Source: Lewinellaceae bacterium (GTDB taxonomy: Bacteria > Bacteroidota > Bacteroidia > Chitinophagales > Saprospiraceae). Taken from it: 64,000 nucleotides of DNA. The notes under the pieces were generated by a model. That model did not search any database and was not told where the DNA came from. It worked only from the letters and a program-made list of their open reading frames with translations. The DNA lies in assembly GCA_020636075.1 (NCBI GenBank), contig JACJYO010000005.1, positions 2,926 through 66,925 on the forward strand, in the 5' to 3' direction. Positions 44,901 through 53,400 of this stretch are shown here, piece by piece. The position numbers and the translations under genes were made by a program. Position 1 is the stretch's first letter. Every line of letters starts with the position of its first letter.

Positions 44901-45893
44901 ATTCCGATTGGCTTCGTATTTATAATGGCTAAACCGTTTTTGCTGAATATCGTACACACCCAGGCCATTATCATCGAGCGCGAACCAGGGGTTACCTTTC
45001 TTGTCCAGGATTAAAGCGTTTATCGTAGTATTTTCTATGCCGGCAGGCACAAAACCCTTTTTTATCACTTTGGTATCCGGATTCCAGTTGACTAATCCGC
45101 CTTGTGTCGCCAGCCAAAAAGATCCATCCGAGGCTTCGCAAATCGCCTCGATTATTTTATTGTTTGCACTTTGATGATCAGGGTCGGGGAGGATGTGCCG
45201 GAATGTTGAATCGCCGGGATTCAGTTTTAACAAACCGTACGATGTTCCGGCCCAAACCGAACCATGCCTGTCTTCAATAAAGGCTCTTACAAAATGTTTT
45301 GCTTCCGGTTTGCCTGCTTCATGCGTAGGTATAAATTGATGGGACCTTCTGTCAAATCGGAGCATATTCTTGGCGGAGAGGGAAGCCAGCCAAATGTTCC
45401 CACGGCTATCTTCAAAAACCCTTCGGATAAGATTCGTGCTCTTGGTGGTTGGTTCATTCCGCGGCGCCAGCAGAAACCGTTGGAATTTGCCGGTTCTTCG
45501 GTCCAAAAAATTAAGCCCGTAATTGGTCCCAATCCATAACTCGCCATTCCTGGTCTCGCAGATATCTCTGATGTTAGGGCTAGACAGGGTAGTAGTATCC
45601 CGAATAGTATGGCGGTAAACTTTAAATTCGTACCCATCGTACCGGAATAGTCCTTCGTTGGTTCCAAACCATAAAAAACCGAATTGGTCTTCTTTTATAT
45701 CGAAAATAAAACTGTTGGGGTATCCATACCCGGCACTCACCCGTTCAAAATCAACAGTACCGATTTGAGCGTATATGAGCGCAGTGTGAAAGAAAAATGT
45801 AAGAGGGCAGGTAATGCATAAAAACAGGTTCCTGGTTGCCAGGTTTTCCAATTGTCTACGGATGAATGGGTATGCGTTTTCGAAATTGGCCAT
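41940..45893 (-). CDS. Hybrid sensor histidine kinase (propeller repeats, Y_Y_Y, TM, HisKA, HATPase, REC, HPt); no DNA-binding output
   Basis: 1317 aa. FLWFGTNEGLFRYDG-type repeats. KYKCRLVGFDKNW...GQYTFQVMASNSDGVWN. VSHEIRTPMNAIIG. GTGLGLGIARQLVELHG. LILMDIKMPVMDGY...MDDVLTKPV. HPt-like IAHDLKSQFRYVGL. Confidence 0.9.
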   Translation of the reverse strand: MANFENAYPFIRRQLENLATRNLFLCITCPLTFFFHTALIYAQIGTVDFERVSAGYGYPNSFIFDIKEDQFGFLWFGTNEGLFRYDGYEFKVYRHTIRDTTTLSSPNIRDICETRNGELWIGTNYGLNFLDRRTGKFQRFLLAPRNEPTTKSTNLIRRVFEDSRGNIWLASLSAKNMLRFDRRSHQFIPTHEAGKPEAKHFVRAFIEDRHGSVWAGTSYGLLKLNPGDSTFRHILPDPDHQSANNKIIEAICEASDGSFWLATQGGLVNWNPDTKVIKKGFVPAGIENTTINALILDKKGNPWFALDDNGLGVYDIQQKRFSHYKYEANRNKSLNNNVVSCLLEDRFQNIWIGTGNGISKIRRDFSGFELLLNVGVDGNNANTINRVLRDSKGTIWTKTPEGVYAIPKGKTQGEKIEELSLQALGTGESWFLEDYEGTIWFSMSGRGLYSRTVSEKGFRKMSFGDTLSKTLIFKMEIDHKDKDVFWIGTLHGLCRLNWKTSERQWFYPRRDIPEVSSNRFIIFDQYGDDEIWLYYTYSNSLGRFDKKSGKFELFLPDPDNKDVLEGVIKDIAIGKDGNIWIASLYGLTNYNIHTKKFGIYGKKEGMLENELQSVFMDKNDQVWVSGNRFFARFDQSKDTFYNFLIPKEALYFQSKAKHVAADGAIFLGTINGIFSFHPQHIRQNPIVPNVILTDFKVKAESYLLDQAFEDTKLIILSHNENDISFEFSALHYINPQANKYKCRLVGFDKNWRDLGTEHRMNYTNLDPGQYTFQVMASNSDGVWNKDGLNIQLAITPAFWQTLWFKSLLALMAVSIGYAIFKSRQYQLALKREKALAEQQAEYKTRFLAEVSHEIRTPMNAIIGLSNLAQDAGISDKPSKYISAIRQSSQNLLAIINDLLDHTKLEAGKFTLANKPFRLTEIVDQLNNNFRFKAEEKGLEFYLDTISDKDPLLMGDPVRLLQILTNLLANAIKFTEQGKVWLSIQETAGPENRANFRFEVGDTGIGIPENQIETIFERFQQAGDHGSSASGTGLGLGIARQLVELHGSTLHIESQLGAGTKLFFEVPFENAAQDGIEKKGTTADFHFSALKILLVEDHELNQQIITEILKKHIPDAAVHIAGNGKIALEQLEEQEYDLILMDIKMPVMDGYATTVAIRDSENPKWKQIPILAVTANALPEQLAKCKEAGMDDVLTKPVDEIQLLEKIDALTNNQLRIDRSKLKALLANDEKKVQQYLSLFKTQMPVHIEQLQNCLEKGDLEQVSIIAHDLKSQFRYVGLEQIAEIAYAIEQQAENGSNGTALIQLAGELKEKALAVML

Positions 45894-46127
45894 TCCGCAC
45901 TGTTTGGTTTCAAAGGTAATTTATATTTCTCTAGGGCCATCTCAAAAATGGCGCTGGCAACTTTGATCCTGTTTGCGGTTCTTTCACTTCTATTACTGAA
46001 GGACGAACGGGTTGAATTATCCTGGCACTACTGTAAACAAATTCAGTAAGGCTGACACCCAATCTCCCATCAGCGACCTTATCCATCGCCACCGTGCATG
46101 CGCTTGAATACCCAAGGTCCCAGGTGT

Positions 46128-48304
46128 TTATTTTTTCATTTTCACCATCTTTTTCGTCAGCACCCCAAACGGCGTAACCAATTCACAATACAGCGCACCC
46201 GATGGCAAGTCGTTCAAAATCAACTCCTCCTGATGGCTGCCTGCCGGGTAAAACCGACTGGATTGGTACAGTTCACGCCCGTTGGTATCCCGGACGCGCA
46301 GCCGGGCGGTGCAAGCTTCCGGGAGTTCAAACGCCACCGTTGTTTTATCGACAAAGGGGTTGGGGTAAATACCCAGTTGACAGGTCGGGTCTTCGGATTC
46401 GGGGTGAACACCTGTGAGCGTCCCAAACTGCAACTTTACATCCGACTCGATCAGGCCGCTCGTGTACGCATAGGCCGGCAGTGTCTCTTCATCAAGCCAT
46501 AGCACATCGCGCAACTTAACGCCGCCCTCCAGCACTTTAAATTTCAATTGAAAAACCTGCGATGCCTCGCCCAGCGCTATGCCCTCAGCCTGGGACCAAA
46601 CCGAACGCAGTTCTCCATCGGCCTGGTCGGGCCTTGCGAAATTATCTTCTGTCAATGGCAATTCTCCCAACGGCTCCACGGCCTCCAGCGCCAGATAATC
46701 CCGGTCGAAACCCAGCGAAAACTGCCAGGCTACCAGATCGGTAAACTGGTCGGCCCGGAAGGTTACCGGCAACTCCTGACCGGCTTCCAACGCAACATCT
46801 TCCGCACGCAATACCAAGGGCGATGGCGCAATCAGATTGGACGGATCCGCATAACTGTCGATCACATCCCCGATTTTGATACCCCGGAAATCCTGACCCG
46901 ACACACTGCCACCTACTCCCGTCAGGTCAATTTTTTCGGGAAATCCCCAGGGCGGCAAGGGAAGCGTGTAGGCCGCCGGTACAAATCGCCAGGAATTTGC
47001 AAACAGATTCAGCGCCGTGGGATTTCCCAAAAGTGCCTGTTTGATGATGAGTGCGTCCAGCGTGGATATGGAATTGCTGTTGTTCACATCCGCAGCCACT
47101 TGTTTATACGGGCTGCTGATCGGAGCATAGCCGGTCAGGTGCTGCTGGATGGCGGTGGCATCGGCCACTGTGACGCCATTGTTTTGTTGATATTCTTACT
47201 GGGTGTCACCGTGAAGTTGGAGCCGTTTGCGGCCGTCAGGGTGTACGTGCCGGCAAGTGGCGTCAGGGCGCTGTCCATATCGTCGCCGGTAAGGACCACC
47301 GTGGCATCCTTTACGCCGCTTGCGCCATCGTGTTCCCACAATATGATGCCTGAAATGCCGATCAGGGCTGCAAAGTCGCCGTCGAACACGGCAAAGGGCC
47401 CCACACTGCTGATACCCGAGCGGATCAGGCTGTACGGATCGCTGCCCGCGGCAGCAGCGGCAGGCTGGTTGTCCCAACTGCCGGCCAGATAGTGGGAAAC
47501 GTAAGCCTGCGTGCGATCAAAGGTAGCCTGCTCCTCGGCGCTGTTCCACTGGAGTGTCAGGCTCAAATCGGAACCGCCGGCCGTGTTTTCTTCGACAAAC
47601 CAGCCACGGCCTACGGCATCGGCCGTAATGGGCGAGCCGGTAGTGCCCCCGCTCAATACGGCGTCGGCCACGCGCACGAGGTAGACATCCGGTGTACCGG
47701 CGTTGGTGAGTGTGGCGGGGTTGTACGCGCTGTTGCCGACGGGAAAGTCCACCGGCGTAGCGCCCACGTGGCGCACCAGGGAGCCCGTACCATCGGTGCG
47801 CACGTGCCGGGTTGCGTCGTAGCCGCTTAAATCCGCAACTTCGAGGTTGTTATTCCCCAGCACGGCGTAGTTATCGGCAGCCTGGAAGTCGAGCTGGTTG
47901 GTCACTTCCAGGTCGTCGGCCAAAAGCAGGTTGTTGCCAACCGATTTATTCAAAACCAGCAGGTAAAACGCCGAGCCGCCGGAAGTGACGGTGCTGTGTT
48001 GGGCGCCTTCAAAAGTGACCGTGGAGGCCCCGGCGTTGAAGTTGGCGGTGTTGGTCCAGTTGCCACCGATGTGGTACTGGCCGTCGCCCTGGAGCGTGGC
48101 GCCGGTGGTGTTGGTCAGGTCGGCGGGGGTGCGCAGGGTGCCATCGACGGTGAGGGTAGCGCCGTCGGTGTTAGTCACGCCGTTTTGGGCAACGACGTAG
48201 CTCCCGCCAGGTATAACAATAAAGCTACCCTGATTTTGGAGTTGGGCCTGCGCCGACATGGAAAACAGGCTGAAACCTGCATATATGAGCCATCGTTTTT
48301 TCAT
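46128..48304 (-). pseudogene. Partner-family gene downstream of the minus-strand fibre array, split by a 1-nt deletion near 47182-47185
   Basis: Start MKKRWLIYAGFSLFSMSAQA|Q (cat 48302-48304). The frame stops at 47135. The second frame is open from 47195 and reads ...NNGVTVADATAIQQHL, collinear with the paralogues (KN.N.LNG.TVGD.LAIQQHL). DVNNSNSISTLDALIIKQALLG. CTD YPNPFVDKTTVAFELPEACTARLRV. Confidence 0.75.
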
Positions 48305-48431
48305 GATAAAAGGTTTGTTTTTATCCAATCGCAGTTCAGGTAGGCCGGAGCAGCGAACCGCCGTTCTCGAAAGCAGTCCGCCCTCCGGTTCTGAACACGC
48401 TTTTGTGTTAGGTTTGAATTGTATTTCCGGT

Positions 48432-50465
48432 TTACTTGCTCTTTTCGATTGCTGTTTCGCTTGTCTCAAGCTGCATTTGCCGCAAAGCGGTCTCAAGTAC
48501 TTCCAAGCGTTTTTCAAATGCACTGTTTTGCGCTTTTATGGCTTCCATTTGGGAAAGTCGTGCTTCAAGTTCAGCGATACGTTCTTGCTGGGCTTCGATT
48601 GTCGCCTGCTGATCCTGGACGGACTTCACCAGCAGGGGTGTGAGTTTCCCATAATCCACCATCCAGGGGTCGGTGATGACATCATCGCCGCCTTTGGAGA
48701 CAGCCGCCGGATACACCTTGTACAAATCCTGAGCAATAAAGCCGGTTTGTTTGCGACCCGGTTCGGTCCGGAACTCGTAATCCTGCACGTCGATCTTCAA
48801 CAAATCGTCAAGGGAGTAAGCCGTCGGCACAATATGTTGTTTGAGCCGTACATCGGAACTGGTACTGAAATTGATCGTGCTGGCGCCGTCCTGGCGAACC
48901 GTTCCGATCTCGGCACCGTCGGGGCGGTAAAAAGCGATAAAGCGGGAGTTAGCGCCGTTATTGTTATCCTTGCCCGCCTGGATTTTCAGGCCGTTGTAGC
49001 GGGTACTGTTGGTTGCATCGGTGTCGGTGTTTTTGATCGTCGCTACAAAATCAGTGCTTGTGGAACCCGATGCGGCGCCTTCCACGTGGAGCCGTGTTGC
49101 CGGGCTGGCTATTCCGATACCGACATTGCCGTTTGCATCCACAAAAACACCTTCGTTGCCACCATCGCCTGAAAGGTAGTTGCCGTTGAGTATGAGGTTC
49201 TGTGTGGAAGTGTGGTTGCCCAGATTATCCGCGACGGAAGGCAGGTTAGTTAAGCCTGAGCCGTCGCCGACAAAGGCCGCGGCGGTGACTGTACCGGCAT
49301 TGTCAATACTTACCGTTTGGGTGGGGGTACCGGAGCCGTCGATGGCCGTCACGAAACGCACCCCGCCGGTAGCGCGAGCGGCAAACTCGTTGGCAGCTGC
49401 CGAGTTGAAATCAAGGTTGTTGCCGTCGGAAAACAAGAAGGCGCCGTTGTGGGCAGCGTCGATCTTTGCACGACGACCGGCAGCCAGGCTATAATCGCCA
49501 CCGGCGCTGTTCAGGCTGCCGCCGGGAACTGTAGAAGCAGACCCGGCGGCGGTGTTCCCAAGCGAACTACCCAGAAATCCGCCGCCACCGCCTATTGTGG
49601 CGTTCGTACCGCTGGCCTTGTTATTACTGCCGCCACCGACTGTAGCACGCACGCCATTGGCGACGTTGTTCTCTCCTCCAAGCACCGATGCTCCCTGAGC
49701 CGTTGCACTATTTGATTCGCCGCCACCGACTAGTGAACGCAGGCCATTGGCGCTGTTACCTACTCCCCCGGAGACAACGGCATAATTGCCGTTGGCTTTG
49801 TTGTCGAAGCCTCCACCTACATTAGAATAAACTCTTGCGCTGTTGTTTCGTCCGCCGGAGATAACAGCGTAATCGCCGTCGGCTGTGTTGTTTAGTCCTC
49901 CACCGATGGTAGCAAATGATTTTGAAATCGTATTTATTCCACCGCTTTTTCCACCGCCACTGATGGTCGCGCCGAAAACCCCTGCGGCAACCGTATTGCC
50001 GCTAAAGCCGCCGATGAGGTTCGACGCCGGAGTGGTGGTTCCGAAGAGCGGATCGATTTCTTCCGCATATTCCAGGCGCAGCCCGCGCGCATTATTCACG
50101 CGGAAATCCAGCGCCACGTTGTCGGTGGTGCCGATGAAATTCGTGCCGTCCACCGTGCCGGTATTGCCGGTCAGGTTCCAGCCGCTGATGAGCCGTACCC
50201 AGCTGCCGCTGTCCCGGTACCAGAACGATTCGGTATCGGTATCAAACACCAGCAGGCCCGTAGCCGGGTTGGCAATAGCTGTGCGTTGGGCTGTAGTCAT
50301 GCGGGGAACGAGCATGCCCTTGTCGCTGCTTTTGACGTCGAGCATAGCAGAGGGGTCGGGGCTGGAGTTGTCCTGGTTGATGGAGACCTGGGCAGCGAGC
50401 GGCGAGACCAGGACTAAGAAGGAAAAGAATAGTAGCGTACGCATATTGATCGTTGTTTTTCGCAT
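48432..50465 (-). CDS. Exported tail-fibre-like protein, S74-type (one 318-aa unit)
   Basis: 677 aa. MRKTTINMRTLLFFSFLVLVSPLAA|QVSINQDNSSPDPSAMLDVKSSDKGMLVPRMTTAQR. GGVRFVTAIDGSGTPTQTVSIDNAGTVTAAAFVGDGSGL. SSDVRLKQHI (Ser codon 48855-48857). Confidence 0.85.
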   Translation of the reverse strand: MRKTTINMRTLLFFSFLVLVSPLAAQVSINQDNSSPDPSAMLDVKSSDKGMLVPRMTTAQRTAIANPATGLLVFDTDTESFWYRDSGSWVRLISGWNLTGNTGTVDGTNFIGTTDNVALDFRVNNARGLRLEYAEEIDPLFGTTTPASNLIGGFSGNTVAAGVFGATISGGGKSGGINTISKSFATIGGGLNNTADGDYAVISGGRNNSARVYSNVGGGFDNKANGNYAVVSGGVGNSANGLRSLVGGGESNSATAQGASVLGGENNVANGVRATVGGGSNNKASGTNATIGGGGGFLGSSLGNTAAGSASTVPGGSLNSAGGDYSLAAGRRAKIDAAHNGAFLFSDGNNLDFNSAAANEFAARATGGVRFVTAIDGSGTPTQTVSIDNAGTVTAAAFVGDGSGLTNLPSVADNLGNHTSTQNLILNGNYLSGDGGNEGVFVDANGNVGIGIASPATRLHVEGAASGSTSTDFVATIKNTDTDATNSTRYNGLKIQAGKDNNNGANSRFIAFYRPDGAEIGTVRQDGASTINFSTSSDVRLKQHIVPTAYSLDDLLKIDVQDYEFRTEPGRKQTGFIAQDLYKVYPAAVSKGGDDVITDPWMVDYGKLTPLLVKSVQDQQATIEAQQERIAELEARLSQMEAIKAQNSAFEKRLEVLETALRQMQLETSETAIEKSK

Positions 50466-50476
50466 GATTCAAACAT

Positions 50477-53400
50477 TTATTTTTTGCCGCTATCCCGGTT
50501 TGATGGGGCTGGCTGCTGGTTTTGTTGCAATGCGGCTTCGATCCGTTCGAAGCGTTGTTCGAAGGCGGCGTTTTGTGCTTTAGCCTGGGAAAGTTGCGCT
50601 TCGAGTTCGGCGATGCGTTTTTGTTGGGCATCAATAGTGGCCTGCTGATCCTGCACCGATTTGACCAGCAAGGGCGTCAATTTGCCGTAATCCACCATCC
50701 AGGGATCGGTGACGACATCATCGCCGCCTTTGGAGACAGCCGCCGGATATACCTTGTACAAATCCTGAGCGATAAAGCCGGTTTGTTTGCGACCCGGCTC
50801 GGTCCGGAACTCATAATCCTGCACTTCGATCTTCAACAAGTCGTCAAGGGAGTAAGCCGTCGGCACGATATGCTGCTTGAGCCGTATATCGGAACTGGTA
50901 CTGAAATTGATCGTGCTGGCGCCGTCCTGGCGAACCGTCCCGATCTCGGAACCGTCGGGCCGGTAAAAGGCGATGAAGCGGGAGTTGGCGCCGTTATTGT
51001 TATCCTTGCCCGCCTGGATTTTCAAGCCGTTGTAGCGGGTAGTATTGGTTACATCGGTGTCGGTGTTTTTGATCGTCGCTACAAAATCCGTGCTTGTGGA
51101 ACCCGATGCGGCGCCTTCCACGTGGAGCCGTGTTGCCGGGCTGGCTATCCCGATACCCACATTGCCGGTGAAATCGGCGTTGCCGGAAACGCTCAACTTG
51201 TTTGCCGGAGTGGTGGCGCCGATGCCGACATTGCCATCGGTGTCGATACGCATTTTTTCACTGCCTTCACGGGAGAATGCGAGGTCGCTGCCATCTACCA
51301 GAAGTGCATGTCCTTTCGTTGCGATGGTCCATGACCTTTGGTTGTCGCCGTTAGTGTGGCCCTCAAGTTCCAGTGAGGCTGTAGCAGTTGCCGTTTGGCT
51401 GATTTTGAGGTTGCCGTCGTTGATGTGCAGTTTCTCATCTGGTATGGCGGTGCCGATGCCCATTTTTTCACTGCCTTGATCGAAGTAGAAATGCGTAGCG
51501 CTTCCGTCGGCGCTTCTGAATTCTACCCGGCCATCTGTATCTATGAAAAACCGTTTTGTGGGAGTACCACTTACATTGCGTAAACGAAGGTGCGTTGCAG
51601 ACGCAGCGTTGTCGCCTTTATCTTGTTGAAACTCCCAGGCACGAAGTGTATTGAACCTGAGCAAGGTTAGACCATCCAGATTACTATTCCCATCACCAAC
51701 AATCAAGCTATCTGCTCTGATGGCTCTGCCATTCACAATATCATTGTTGTTCATATCAAGTGCTTGCGTAGCCGTGTGGTTGCCGAGGTTGTCGCCGGGC
51801 AGGGTGGATAAATTCACGCTGTTACCATCTTCAATGCTTAAGGTGGTACCGCTGAGGCTGAGTGTTTGGTCGTCTGTGCCGATGCCGGACAGATTGACGG
51901 CATTGCCGTTCTCGATGCTTAGCGTGGCGCCGCTGAGGCTTAGCGTTTGATCGTCTGTACTGATGCCGGCCAAATTGACAGCGTTACCGTTCTCGATGCT
52001 TAGCGTGGCGCCGCTGAGGCTTAGCGTTTGATCGTCCGTATTGAGGTTGGCCAGGTTTACACTGTTGCCACCATCGATGCTCAGCGTGGCGCCGTCGAAG
52101 CTGAGGTTTTGCAGCTCATTGGTGGGGTTGGCATCCGCATCATCCACATTGATACCTGTCAAGCCCGAGCCGTCACCGACAAATGCCGCGGCGGTGACCG
52201 TGCCGGTGTTGTCAATACTTACCGTTTGGGTGGGGGTACCGGAGCCGTCGATGGCCGTCACGAAACGCACCCCGCCGGTAGCGCGCGCGGCAAACTCGTT
52301 GGCCGCTGCCGAGTTGAAGTTAACGTTGTTGTCATCGGAAAACAGGAAGGCGCCGTCGTGGGCAGCGTCGATCTTCGCACGATGACCGGCGGCCAGGCTG
52401 TAATCGCCACCGGCACTGTTCAGGCTGCCGCCGGGCACGGTAGAACTAACCCCGCTGGCGGTGTTCCCAAGCGAACCACCCAGAAATCCGCCACCACCGC
52501 CTATTGTGGCATTCGTACCGCTGGCCGTGTTATTAGCGCCGCCACCGACTGTAGCACGCAGGCCACTGGCGCGGTTGTCCTCACCTCCGGCCACTGTTGC
52601 TGTCTGAGCCGTTGCCACATTTGTTTCGCCACCACCGACTGTCGACCTTATACCCGTTGCGCTGTTATCTTGTCCACCGGAAACCACGGCGCCACCGCCG
52701 CTGGCCGTGTTGTTTGAACCTCCACCGACACTTGCATATCCAGATGCGCTGTTATTGTGTCCACCGGAGACAACCGCGCCATAGCCGTTTGCCGTGTTGC
52801 CTAGGCCGCCGCCGATGGTTGAAAATGATGCTGAAACCGTATTTATACCACCGCTTTGCCCACCGCCACTGATGGTCGCGCCGAAAACACCTGCCCCAAC
52901 TGTATTGCCGCTAAAGCCGCCGATGAGGTTCGGAGCCGGCTTGGTGATTCCGAAGAGCAGATCGAATTCTTCCGCATATTCCAGGCGCAGCCCGCGCGCA
53001 TTGTTCACGCGGAAATCCAATGCCACGTTGTCGGTGGTGCCGATGAAATTCGTGCCGTCTACGGTGCCGGCATTGCCGCTCAGGTTCCAGCCTGCTCCAG
53101 CGGGAAGGTTGGTCAGCCCCGAGCCGTCACCGACAAATGCCGCGGCGGTGACCGTGCCGGTGTTGTCAATACTTACCGTTTGGGTGGGGGTACCGGAGCC
53201 GTCGATGGCCGTCACGAAACGCACCCCGCCGGTAGCGCGCGCGGCAAACTCGTTGGCGGCTGCCGAGTTGAAGTTAACGTTGTTGTCATCGGAAAACAGG
53301 AAGGTGCCGTCGTGGGCAGCGTCGATCTTCGCACGATGACCGGCGGCCAGGCTGTAATCGCCACCGGCACTGTTCAGGCTGCCGCCGGGCACGGTAGAAC

